From Eledone cirrhosa (taxonomy: Eukaryota): a stretch of DNA of 64,000 nucleotides. The notes beneath the pieces were generated by a model. That model worked only from the letters and a program-made list of their open reading frames with translations. It was not told the DNA's origin and did no database searches. A program made the translations under genes and the position numbers. Location of the stretch: the NCBI GenBank assembly GCA_964016885.1, contig OZ024763.1, positions 7,440,001 to 7,504,000 of the forward strand, given 5' to 3'. Each line of letters opens with the position of its first letter. Within the stretch, counting starts at the first letter, position 1. Shown piece after piece: positions 25,127-37,796 of the stretch.

Positions 25127-25221
25127 CTCTCTCCATCCCTCTCTCTCTACATCCATCCCTCTCCCTCTCTCTCTCCATCCATCCCTCTCTCTCTACATAC
25201 ATCCCTCTCCCTCTCTCTCCA

Positions 25222-25265
<44 letters not shown>

Positions 25266-27426
25266 CCTCTCTCTCTCTCTCTCTCTCTCCATCCCTCTCT
25301 CTCTCTCTCTCCATCCCTCTCTCTCCTTCCATGCCTCTCACTCTCTATATATCTCTCTCCATCCATCCCTCTCTCCATCCATCCATCCCTCTCTCTCTAT
25401 ACATCCCTCTCTCTCTCACTCTCTCCTTCCATTCCTCTCTCTATACTTCCATCCCCCTCCCCCTCTCTCACTCTCTCCTTCCATTCCTCTCTCTATACTT
25501 CCATCCCCCTCCCCCTCTCTCTCTCTATCCATCCATCCCTCTCTCTCTCCATCCATCCCTCTCTCTCTCTCTCCATCCATCCATCCCTCTCTCTCTCCAT
25601 CCATCCCTCTTTCTCCATACATCCCTCTCCCTCTCTCTCCATCCCTCTTTCTCTCCATCCCTCTCTCTCCATCCATCCCTCTCACTCTCTCTCTCTCACT
25701 CTCTCCTTCCATTCCTCTCTCTATACTTCCATCCCCCTCCCCCCCTCTCTCTCTATCCATCCATCCCTACTCCCTCTCTCCATCCGCCCCTCTCCCGCTC
25801 TCCATCTCCCTCTCTATATCCATCCCTCTCTCTCTACATCCATCCCTCTCTCTATCCATCCCTACTCCCTCTCTCTCCATCCATGCCTCTTTCTCCATAC
25901 ATCCCTCTCCCTCTCTCTCCATCCCTCTCTCTCTCTCTCCATCCCTCCCTCCCTCCCTCCCTCTCCATCCATCCCTCTCTCTCTCCTTCCATCCCTTTCC
26001 CCCCTCTCTCTCTTCCTCTCTCTCTCCCTCTCCTTCCATCCCTCTCTCTCTCCCTCTCTCTCCATCCCTCTCTCTCCATCCCCCTCCCTCTCTCTCCATC
26101 CCCCTCCCTCTCTCTCCTTCCATGCCTCTCACTCTCTATATATCTCTCTCCATCCATCCCTCTCTCTCTCTCCATCCATCCCCCTCTCTCCTTCCATTCC
26201 TCTCTCTATCCATCCATCCCTACTCCCTCTCTCTCTATACATCCCCCTCTCTCCTTCCATTCCTCTCTCTATCCATCCATCCCTACTCCCTCTCTCTCTA
26301 TACATCCCTCTCTCTCTATACATCCCTCTCCCTCTCTCTATCCATCCCTCTCTCTCTCTCTACATCCATCCCTCTCTCTCCTTCCATGCCTCTCACTCTC
26401 TATATATATCTCTCCATCCATCCCTCTCTCTCTCCTTCCATCCCTTTCCCCCCTCTCTCTCTCTTCCTCTCCTTCCATGCCTCTCTCTCCTTCCATCCCT
26501 CTCTCTATATATATCTCTCTCTCCATCCATCCCCCTCTCTCTCTCCTTCCATTCCTCTCCTTCCATTCCTCTCCTTCCATCCCTCTCTCTCTCTCTCCAT
26601 CCATCCCTCTCCCGCTCTCCATCTCCCTCTCTCACCATCCATCCCCCTCTCTCTCTCTCTCTCCATCCATCCCCCTCTCTCTCTCTCCATCCCTACTCCC
26701 TCTCACCATCCATCCCTCTCTCTCTCTCTCTCCATCCATCCCTCTCTCTCTCTCTCCATCCATCCCCCTCTCTCTCTCTCCATCCACCCCTCTCTCCCTC
26801 TCTCTCCATCCATCCGTTTCCCCCCTCTCTCTCTCTCTCTACATCCATCCCTCTCTCTCTCCTTCCATGCCTCTCACTCTCCTTCCATCCCTCTCTCTCT
26901 ATATATATCTCTCTCCATCCATCCCTCTCTCCATCTCTCTCTCTCCATCCCTCTCTCTACATCCATCCCTCTCTCTCTCTCTCTCTCCATCCATCCCTCT
27001 CCCTCTCTCCATCTCCCTCTCTCTATCCATCCCTCTCTCTCTCTACATCCATCCCTCTCTATCCATCCCTCTCTCTCCTTCCATGCCTCTCTCTATCCAT
27101 CTCTCTCTCTCTCTTCATCCATCCCCCTCTCTCTCTCCTTCCATTCCTCTCTCTATCCATCCATCCCTACTCCCTCTCTCTCCATCCATCCCTCTCTCTC
27201 TCTCTCCTTCCATCCCTCTCTCTCTCTCTCCTTCCATCCCTTTCCCCCTCTCTTCCTCTCCTTCCATGCCTCTCTCTCCATCCATCCTCCTCTCTCTCTC
27301 CATCCATCCATCTCTCCTTCCATTCCTCTCCTTCCATCCCTCTCTCTCTCTCTCTACATCCATCCCTCTCTACATCCACCCCTCTCTCTCCTTCCATGCC
27401 TCTCACTCTCCATCCCTACTCCCTCT

Positions 27427-27459
<33 letters not shown>

Positions 27460-28342
27460 CATCCATCCCTCTCTCTCTCCATCTCTCCCTCTCTCTCTCC
27501 ATCTCTCCCTCTCTCTCTCCATCTCTCCCTCTCTCTCCATCTCTCCCTCTCTCTCTCTCCTTCCATCCCTTTCCCCCTCTCTCTCTCTATCCATCCCTCT
27601 TTCTCCATACATCCCTCTCCCTCTCTCTCCATCCCTCTCTCTCTCCTCATCCATCCCTCTCCCTCCATCCCTCTCTCTCTCCATCCATCCCTCCCTCTAC
27701 CTCCATCCCTCTCTCGCCATCCATCCCTCTCTCCATCCCTCTCTCTCCATCCCCCTCTCTCTCTCTCCATCCCTCTCTCTCCATCCATCCCTACTCTCTC
27801 TCTCTCTATACATCCCTCTCTCTCTATACATCCCTCTCTCTCCATCCATCCCTCTCCCTCTCTCTCTCTCACTCTCTCCTTCCATTCCTCTCTCTATACT
27901 TCCATCCCCCTCCCCCCCTCTCTCTCTATCCATCCATCCCTACTCCCTCTCTCCATCCGCCCCTCTCCCGCTCTCCATCTCCCTCTCTCTATCCATCTCT
28001 CTCTCTCTCTCTACATCCATCCCTCTCCCGCTCTCCATCTCCCTCTCTCTATCCATCCCTCTCTCTATCCATCCCTCTCTCTCTCTCTCTCTACATCCAT
28101 CCCTCTCTCTATCCATCCCTCTCTCTCTCTCTCTACATCCATCCCTCTCTCTCTCTCTCTACATCCATCCCTCTCTCTATCCATCCCTCTCTCTCCTTCC
28201 ATGCCTCTCACTCTCTATATATATCTCTGCTTCCATCCCTCTCTCTCTATATATATCTCTCTCCATCCATCCCCCTCTCTCTCTCCTTCCATTCCTCTCT
28301 CCATCCATCCATCCCTCTCTCTCTCTCTCCTTCCATCCGTTT

Positions 28343-28373
<31 letters not shown>

Positions 28374-31112
28374 ACATCCATCCCTCTCTCTATCCATCCC
28401 TCTCTCTATCCATCCCTCTCTCCTTCCATGCCTCTCACTCTCTATATCCATCTCTCTCTCCATCCATCTCTCTCTCCATCCCTCTCTTTCTCCATACATC
28501 CCTCTCCCTCTCTCTCCATCCCTCTCTCTCTCCCTCCATCCCTCTCCCTCTCTCTCCATCCCTCCCTCTCTCTCTCTCTCCATCCATCCCTCTCTCTCTC
28601 TCTCCATCCCTCCCTATCTCTCTCTCTCTCTCTCCATCCATCCCCCTCTCTCTCTCCTTCCATCCGTTTCCCCCCTCTCTCTCTCCCTCTCTCTCCATCC
28701 CTCTCCCTCTCTCTCCATCCCCCTCCCTCTCTCTCCATCTCTCTCCATCCCCCTCCCTCTCTCTCCTTCCATGCCTCTCACTCTCTATATATCTCTCTCT
28801 CTCCATCCATCCCCCTCTCTCCTTCCATTCCTCTCTCTATCCATCCATCCCTACTCCCTCTCTCTCTATACATCCCTCTCTCTCTCCATCCATCACCCTT
28901 TCTCTCTCTCCATCCATCCGTTTCCCCTCTCTCTCTCTCTACATCCATCCCTCTCTCTCCTTCCATGCCTCTCACTCTCCTTCCATCCCTCTCTCTCTAT
29001 ATATATCTCTCTCCATCCATCCCTCTCTCCATCTCTCTCTCTCTCCATCCCTCTCTCTCCATCCATCCCTCTCTCTCTCTCTCCATCCATCCCTCTCCCT
29101 CTCTCCATCTCCCTCTCTCTATCCATCCCTCTCTCTCTCTATCCATCCCTCTCTCTCCTTCCATGCCTCTCACTCTCTATATATATCTCTCTCTATCCAT
29201 CTCTCTCTCTCTCTCTCCATCCATCCCCCTCTCTCTCTCTCCTTCCATTCCTCTCTCTATCCATCCATCCCTACTCCCTCTCTCTCCATCCATCCCTACT
29301 CCCTCTCTCTCCATCCATCCCTCTCTCTCTCTCCTTCCATCCCTTTCCCCCTCTCTCTCTTCCTCTCCTTCCATGCCTCTCTCTCCATCCATCCTCCTCT
29401 CTCTCTCCATCCATCCTCCTCTCTCTCTCCATCCATCCATCTCTCTCTCTCCTTCCATTCCTCTCCTTCCATCCCTCTCTCTCTCTCTACATCCATCCCT
29501 CTCTACATCCATCCCTCTCTCTCCTTCCATGCCTCTCACTCTCCATCCCTACTCCCTCTCTCTCCATCTCTCTCTCTCTCTCTCCATCCATCCCTCTCTC
29601 TCTCTCTCTCCATCCATCCATCCCTCTCTCTCCATCCATCCCTCTCTCTCTCTCCTTCCATCCCTTTCCCCCCTCTCTCTCTCTATCCATACATCCCTCT
29701 CCCTCTCTCTCCATCCCTCTCCCTCTCTCTCCATCCCTCTCCCTCTCTCCTTCCATCCCTCTCTCTCTCTCCATCCCTCTCTCTCTCTCTCCTTCCATCC
29801 GTTTCCCCCCTCTCTCTCTCTCTCTCTCTACATCCATCCCTCTCTCTCTACATCCATCCCTCTCTCTATCCATCCCTCTCTCCTTCCATGCCTCTCACTC
29901 TCTATATCCATCTCTCTCTCCATCCATCCCCCTCTCACTCCTACCCCCTCTCTCTCCATCTATCCCTCTCTCTCTCCATCCCTCTCCCCATCCCTCTCTC
30001 TCTTTCTCCATACATCCCTCTCCCTCTCTCTCCATCCCTCTCTCTCTCCATCCATCCCTCTCCCTCTCTCTCCATCCCTCCCTCCCTCTCTCTCCATCCA
30101 TCCCTCTCTCTCTCTCTCCCTCCCTCCCTCTCTCTCTCCATCCATCCCCCTCTCTCTCTCCTTCCATCCCTTTCCCCCCTCTCTCTCTTCCTCTCTCTCT
30201 CCCTCTCCTTCCATCCCTCTCTCTCTCTCCCTCTCTCTCCATCCCTCTCTATCCTTCCATGCCTCTCACTCTCTATATATCTCTCTCTCTCCATCCATCC
30301 CCCTCTCTCCTTCCATTCCTCTCTCTATCCATCCATCCCTACTCCCTCTCTCTCTATACATCCCCCTCTCTCCTTCCATTCCTCTCTCTATCCATCCATC
30401 CCTACTCCCTCTCTCTATACATCCCTCTCTCTCCATTCATCCCTCTCCCTCTCTCTATCCATCCCTCTCTCTCTCTCTCTACATCCATCCCTCTCTCTCC
30501 TTCCATGCCTCTCACTCTCTATATATATCTCTCCATCCATCCCTCTCTCTCTCCTTCCATCCCTTTCCCCCTCTCTCTCTCTTCCTCTCTCTCTCTTCCT
30601 CTCCTTCCATGCCTCTCTCTCCATCCATCCCCCTCTCTCTCTCCTTCCATTCCTCTCCTTCCATCCCTCTCTCTCTCTCCTTCCATTCCTCTCCTTCCAT
30701 CCCTCTCCCGCTCTCCATCTCCCTCTCTCACCATCCATCCCCCTCTCTCTCTCTCTGCATCCATCCCCCTCTCTCTCTCTCTCCATCCATCCCCCTCTCT
30801 CTCTCTCCATCCCTACTCCCTCTCTCCATCCACCCCTCTCTCTCTCCTTCCATCCCTCTCTCTCTCTCCTTCCATTCCTCTCCTTCCATCCCTCTCTCTC
30901 TCTCTCCATCCATCCCTCTCCCGCTCTCCATCTCTCTCTCTCTCCATCCATCCCCCTCTCTCTCTCTCTCCATCCCTACTCCCTCTCTCTCCATCCCTAC
31001 TCCCTCTCTCTCCATCCCTACTCCCTCTCTCCATCCACCCCTCTCTCTCTCCTTCCATCCGTTTCCCCCCTCTCTCTCTCTCTCTCTTCCGCTCCATCCA
31101 TCCCTCTCTCCT

Positions 31113-31149
<37 letters not shown>

Positions 31150-33892
31150 ATCCATCTCTCTCTCTCTATACATCCCTCTCTCTCTCCTTCCATCCATCTC
31201 TCTCTCTCTATACATCCATCCGTTTCCCCCCTCTCTCTCTCTCTCTACATCCATCCCTCTCTCTCCTTCCATGCCTCTCACTCTCCTTCCATCCCTCTCT
31301 CTCTATATATATCTCTCTCCATCCATCCCTCTCTCCATCTCTCTCTCTCTCCATCCATCCCTCTCTCTCTCTCTCTCCATCCATCCCTCTCCCTCTCTCC
31401 ATCTCCCTCTCTCTCTCTACATCCATCCCTCTCTATCCATCCCTCTCTCTCCTTCCATGCCTCTCACTCTCTATATATATCTCTCTCTATCCATCTCTCT
31501 CTCTCTCCTTCCATTCCTCTCTCTATCCATCCATCCCTACTCCCTCTCTCTCCATCCATCCCTCTCTCTCTCTCCTTCCATCCCTTTCCCCCCTCTCTCT
31601 CTTCCTCTCCTTCCATGCCTCTCTCTCCATCCATCCATCTCTCTCTCTCTCTACATCCATCCCTCTCTACATCCATCCCTCTCTCTCTCTCTACATCCAT
31701 CCCTCTCTACATCCATCCCTCTCTCTCCTTCCATGCCTCTCACTCTCCATCCCTACTCCCTCTCTCTCCATCCATCCCTTTCCCCCCTCTCTCTCTTCCT
31801 CCCTCTCTCTTCCTCTCCTTCCATGCCTCTCTCTCCTTCCACCCCCCCTCTCTCTCTCCACCCCCCCTCTCTCTCCACCCCCTCTCTCTCCACCCCCCCC
31901 TCTCTCTCCATCCCCCTCTCTCTCCATCCCTCTCTCTCTCTCTCCATCCTACTCCCTCTCTCTATGCATCCATCCCTACTCCCTCTCTCTATCAATCCAT
32001 CCCTACTCCCTCTCTCCATCCACCCCTCTCTCTCTCCTTCCATCCGTTTCCCCCCTCTCTCTCTCTCTCTTCCGCTCCATCCATCCCTCTCTCCTTCCAT
32101 CTCTCTCTCCTTCCATCCCCCTCTCTCTCTCCATCCTACTCCCTCTCTCTCTTCCTCTCTCCTTCCATCCCTCTCTCTCCATCCATCCCTCTCCCTCTCT
32201 CCCCTTCCATCCCTCTCTCTCCATCCATCCCTCTCCCTCTCTCCCCTTCCATCCCTCTCCTTCCATGCCTCTCTCTCTCTATATCCATCTCTACCTCTCT
32301 CTCCATCCATCCCTCTCTCTCCTTCCATGCCTCACACTCTCTCTATATATCTCTCTCCATCCATCCCTCTCTCTCTCCATCCCCCTCTCTCTCTCCATCC
32401 ATCCCCCTCTCTCTCTCTCTCTCTCCATCATACTCCCTCTCTCTATCCATCCCTACTCCCTCTCTCCATCCATCCCTACTCCCTCTCTCCATCCACCCCT
32501 CTCTCTCTCCTTCCATCCGTTTCCCCCCTCTCTCTCTCTCTCTCTTCCGCTCCATCCATCCCTCTCTCCTTCCATCTCTCTCTCTCTCTCTCCATCCATC
32601 CATCACCCTCTCTCTCTCTCCATCCATCTCCCTCTCTCTCTCCATCCTACTCCATCCACCCCTCTCTCTCTCTCCTTCCATCACCCTCTCTCTCTCTCTA
32701 CATCCATGCCTCTCTCTCTCCATCCATCCCTCTCTCTCCTTCCATGCCTCTCTCTCCATCCATCCCTCTCTCTCTATATATATATCTCTCTCTCTCCATC
32801 CATCCCTCTCTCTCTCTCTCCATCCATCCCTCTCTCTCTCCTTCCATCTCTCTCTCTCCTTCCATCCCCCTCTCTCTCCTACCCCCTCTCTCTCCATCCC
32901 TCTCTCTCTTTCTCCATACATCCCTCTCCCTCTCTCTCCATCCCTCTCTCTCTCCATCCATCCCTCTCTCTCTCTCTCTCCCTCCCTCCCTCTCTCTCTC
33001 CATCCATCCCCCTCTCTCTCTCCTTCCATCCCTTTCCCCCCTCTCTCTCTTCCTCTCTCTCTCCCTCTCCTTCTCTCCCTCTCTCTCCATCCCTCTCTCT
33101 CCATCCCTCTCCATCTCTCTCCATCCCCCTCCCTCTCTCTCCTTCCATGCCTCTCACTCTCTATATATCTCTCTCCATCCATCCCTCTCTCTCTCTCCAT
33201 CCATCCCCCTCTCTCCTTCCATTCCTCTCTCTATCCATCCATCCCTACTCCCTCTCTCTCTATACATCCCCCTCTCTCCTTCCATTCCTCTCTCTATCCA
33301 TCCATCCCTACTCCCTCTCTCTATACATCCCTCTCTCTCCATTCATCCCTCTCCCTCTCTCTATCCATCCCTCTCTCTCTCTCTCTACATCCATCCCTCT
33401 CTCTCCTTCCATGCCTCTCACTCTCTATATATATCTCTCCATCCATCCCTCTCTCTCTCCTTCCATCCCTCTCTCTCTCTCCTTCCATTCCTCTCCTTCC
33501 ATCCCTCTCTCTCTCTCCATCCATCCCTCTCCCGCTCTCCATCTCTCTCTCTCTCCATCCATCCCCCTCTCTCTCTCTCTCCATCCATCCCCCTCTCTCT
33601 CTCTCCATCCCTACTCCCTCTCTCCATCCACCCCTCTCTCTCTCCTTCCATCCCTCTCTCTCTCTCCTTCCATTCCTCTCCTTCCATCCCTCTCTCTCTC
33701 TCTCCATCCATCCCTCTCCCGCTCTCCATCTCTCTCTCTCTCCATCCATCCCCCTCTCTCTCTCTCTCCATCCATCCCCCTCTCTCTCTCTCCATCCCTA
33801 CTCCCTCTCTCCATCCACCCCTCTCTCTCTCCTTCCATCCGTTTCCCCCCTCTCTCTCTCTCTCTCTTCCGCTCCATCCATCCCTCTCTCCT

Positions 33893-33933
<41 letters not shown>

Positions 33934-36432
33934 ATCCATCTCTCTCTCTCTATACATCCCTCTCTCTCTCCTTCCATCCATCTCTCTCTCTCTATACATC
34001 CATCCGTTTCCCCCCTCTCTCTCTCTCTCTACATCCATCCCTCTCTCTCCTTCCATGCCTCTCACTCTCCTTCCATCCCTCTCTCTCTATATATATCTCT
34101 CTCCATCCATCCCTCTCTCCATCTCTCTCTCTCTCCATCCATCCCTCTCTCTCTCTCTCCATCCATCCCTCTCCCTCTCTCCATCTCCCTCTCTCTCTCT
34201 ACATCCATCCCTCTCTATCCATCCCTCTCTCTCCTTCCATGCCTCTCACTCTCTATATATATCTCTCTCTATCCATCTCTCTCTCTCTCCTTCCATTCCT
34301 CTCTCTATCCATCCATCCCTACTCCCTCTCTCTCCATCCATCCCTCTCTCTCTCTCTCCATCCATCCCTTTCCCCCCTCTCTCTCTTCCTCTCCTTCCAT
34401 GCCTCTCTCTCCATCCATCCATCTCTCTCTCTCCTTCCATTCCTCTCCTTCCATCCCTCTCTCTCTCTCTACATCCATCCCTCTCTACATCCATCCCTCT
34501 CTCTCCTTCCATGCCTCTCACTCTCCACCCCCCCTCTCTCTCCACCCCCTCTCTCTCCACCCCCCCTCTCTCCATCCCCCTCTCTCTCCATCCCTCTCTC
34601 TCTCTCTCCATCCTACTCCCTCTCTCTATCAATCCATCCCTACTCCCTCTCTCTATCAATCCATCCCTACTCCCTCTCTCCATCCACCCCTCTCTCTCTC
34701 CTTCCATCCGTTTCCCCCCTCTCTCTCTCTCTCTTCCGCTCCATCCATCCCTCTCTCCTTCCATCTCTCTCTCTCTCTCTCTCCTTCCATCCCTCTCTCT
34801 CTCCATCCTACTCCCTCTCTCCATCCACCCCTCTCTCTCTCCTTCCATCACCCTCTCTCTCTCCATCCCCCTCTCTCTCTCCATCCTACTCCCTCTCTCT
34901 CTTCCTCTCTCCTTCCATCCCTCTCTCTCCATCCATCCCTCTCCCTCTCTCCCCTTCCATCCCTCTCTCTCCATCCATCCCTCTCCCTCTCTCCCCTTCC
35001 ATCCCTCTCCTTCCATGCCTCTCTCTCTCTATATCCATCTCTACCTCTCTCTCCATCCATCCCTCTCTCTCCTTCCATGCCTCACACTCTCTCTATATAT
35101 CTCTCTCCATCCATCCCTCTCTCTCTCCATCCCCCTCTCTCTCTCCATCCATCCCCCTCTCTCTCTCTCTCTCTCCATCATACTCCCTCTCTCTATCCAT
35201 CCCTACTCCCTCTCTCCATCCATCCCTACTCCCTCTCTCCATCCATCCCTACTCCCTCTCTCCATCCACCCCTCTCTCTCTCCTTCCATCCGTTTCCCCC
35301 CTCTCTCTCTCTCTCTCTTCCGCTCCATCCATCCCTCTCTCCTTCCATCTCTCTCTCTCTCTCTCTCCATCCATCCATCACCCTCTCTCTCTCTCCATCC
35401 ATCTCCCTCTCTCTCCATCCTACTCCATCCACCCCTCTCTCTCTCTCCTTCCATCACCCTCTCTCTCTCTCTACATCCATGCCTCTCTCTCTCCATCCAT
35501 CCCTCTCTCTCCTTCCATGCCTCTCTCTCCATCCATCCCTCTCTCTCTATATATATATCTCTCTCTCTCCATCCCCCTCTCTCTCTCTCTCCATCCATCC
35601 ATCTCTCCATCCATCCCTCTCTCTCTCCTTCCATCTCTCTCTCTCCTTCCATCCCTCTCTCTCTCCTTCCATCCCTCTCCCTCTCTCCTTCCATCCCTCT
35701 CCCTCTCTCCTTCCATCCCTCTCCCTCTCTCCTTCCATCCCTCTCCTTCCATGCCTCTCTCTCTCTATATATATATATCCCTCTCTCTCTCCATCCCTCT
35801 CCCTCTCTCTCCTTCCATTCCTCTCTCTCTATTCATCCATCCCCCCCCTCTCTCTCTCTCCTTCCATTCCTCTCCTTCCATGCCTCTCTCTCTATATATA
35901 TATCCCTCTCTCTCTCTCTCTATCCATCCATTCCTCTCTCTATCCATCCATCCCTCTCCCTCTCTCCCTCTCTCTATCCATCCCTCTCTCTCCTTCCATG
36001 CCTCTCACTCTCTATATATATATCTCTCTCCATCCATCCGCCTCTCTCTCTCTCCATCCCCCCTCTCTCCATCCATCCCCCTCTCTCTCTCCATCCATCC
36101 CCCTCTGTCTCTCTCCATCCCTACTCCCTCTCTCCATCCATCCCTCTCTCTATCCATCCATCCCTACCCTTTCTCTCTCTCTCTCTCTCTCCATCCATCC
36201 CTACCCTTTCTCTCTCTCTCTCTCTCTCCATCCATCCCTACCCTTTCTCTCTCTCTCTCTCTCCATCCATCCCTCTCTCTCTCCATCCCTCCCTCTCTCT
36301 CTCTCTCTCTCCTTCCATCCCTTTCCCCCCTCTCTCTCTCTTCCTCTCCATCCATCCCTCTCTCCTTCCATCCCTCTCTCTCTCTCTCTCTCCATCCATC
36401 CCTCTCTCTCCATCCATCCCCCTCTCCTCCCC
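25127..36432. repeat. 11.3 kb complex CT/CCAT polypyrimidine satellite with higher-order structure
   Basis: The + strand is almost devoid of G; recurring words ccatccct, ccttccatgcctctcactct, ccctactccct. Confidence 0.97.
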
Positions 36433-36520
36433 TCGCTGTCATATATATATACTTTTTTCCTATTACCTACTCTACTAGTATTGAGTACTCTGGTGCGTTC
36501 TGTTCCATATGGTTCCTTCG

Positions 36521-36522
<2 letters not shown>

Positions 36523-36587
<65 letters not shown>
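36523..36587. repeat. (CA)n microsatellite
   Basis: Perfect run. Confidence 0.98.
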
Positions 36588-36589
<2 letters not shown>

Positions 36590-36684
36590 GAGAGAGAAAT
36601 GTATGTGTGCTCTGTTACGTGGTCAACTAACTGGCTGGCGCTCAGCTAAGTAAGAAGCTAAAACTGGCAGAACTTGCGGTCGAA

Positions 36685-36699
36685 TCGCCACCTAGTGTC
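36685..36699 (-). promoter_or_regulatory. CTCF-like motif
   Basis: Reverse complement GACACTAGGTGGCGA versus consensus CCACYAGRKGGCRS. Confidence 0.4.
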
Positions 36700-36816
36700 A
36701 CAGACGTTGTAGTAACATTACATTCCCCTTTCCACTTCTATATCTTCAGTGAGGGAGGGGGAGAGTAATTGTGTCATAGAAAAATCACCCTCCCCTTCCC
36801 CGTTCTATTTCTATAG

Positions 36817-36875
36817 AGAGAGAGAGAAGTGGTTGAGGTTACAGAAATATTACCTTCCCCTCTCCACTTACTTTG
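36817..36875 (+). CDS. Candidate exon (EREKWLRLQKYYLPLSTYF or REREVVEVTEILPSPLHLL)
   Basis: Acceptor ccccttccccgttctatttctatag; donor TG|GTAAGT. Confidence 0.45.
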
Positions 36876-36895
36876 GTAAGTCCAAGAGAACCACT

Positions 36896-36909
36896 GTTGC
36901 TATAGAAAC
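36896..36909. promoter_or_regulatory. RFX X-box-like palindrome with adjacent E-box (CACGTG, 36915-36920)
   Basis: GTTGCT-AT-AGAAAC fits GTHNYY-AT-RRNAAC. Confidence 0.35.
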
Positions 36910-37176
36910 ATTACCACGTGCCACCAGAGACCAGTTTCTGGCGGTTTCCTTCTCTCAACTGTCACCTCTTAGAGACTTTCATATTTGCCAGTATATATAA
37001 TATATTCTATATAATATACATACCATATATTACAATATAATAGAATATTTACTGTTTATTATACAATATATATAATGTATATTGTGTATATAATATTTAT
37101 TATAATATACAATATATATTTAAATAATATTTATAATATATATAATATATATTATATTATAAATATAATGTTTCAG

Positions 37177-37249
37177 GCAGGACCTGCTGGAAGGCAAGTT
37201 AGACGAGTTACCACCACGTGACCCTGCTTGGAATATGTTGGCAAACTAG
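37177..37249 (+). CDS. Candidate terminal exon (QDLLEGKLDELPPRDPAWNMLAN*, or RTCWKAS* ending at 37202)
   Basis: tttcag acceptor with an abrupt switch from AT-only sequence to balanced composition; both readings continue in phase from 36817-36875. Confidence 0.45.
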
Positions 37250-37344
37250 AAGAAAATATATATAGGATATATTTTAGGGACAAGACAGGCAGACAGGCAC
37301 ACCGTACAAGACTGCACAACCTACTACACTACACCACGGCCCTG

Positions 37345-37796
37345 CCCCCTCTCTCTCTCTCTCTTTCTCTCTCTCCCTTCCTCTCTCTCTCTCCATCCAT
37401 CTCCCTTGTTTCTCTTCTCTCTCTCATCTCTCTTGTTTCTCTCTCATCTCTCTTGTTTCTCTCTCATCTCTCTTGTTTCTCTTCTCTCTCTCATCTCTCT
37501 TGTTTCTCTCTTCTCTCTCTCATCTCTCTTGTTTCTCTCTCCTCTCTCGTTTCTCTCCCTTCTCTCTCTCCTTTCTCTCTGCTTCCTCTGTCTCTCCTCC
37601 TCTCTCTCGTCTCTCTCTTCCCTCCTCCCCTCACTCCTTTCTCCCTCCTCTCTCCCTCCCTCTCTCCTCACTTTGTTTTTCTCCTCTCTCTCTTTCTTGT
37701 TTCTCTCTCCTCTCCCTCCTCTCTTCCTCTCTTCTCCCCTCTCCCCCATCTCTGTCTCATTTCTCTCATTTCTCCTCACTCTCTCGTGTTTCTCTC
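37345..37796. repeat. CT-rich low-complexity repeat
   Basis: ctcatctctcttgtttct units. Confidence 0.9.

Noticed and set aside
25081-36653. 3000-3800 aa ORFs and many ER-rich antisense ORFs
   Set aside because: All three + frames are open because the CT satellite almost never forms stop codons; not coding.
37177-37345. Selenocysteine read-through frame AGPAGRQVRRVTTT*PCLEYVGK..
   Set aside because: No SECIS seen, no CxxU/UxxC motif, and not phase-compatible with an open frame of the upstream exon.
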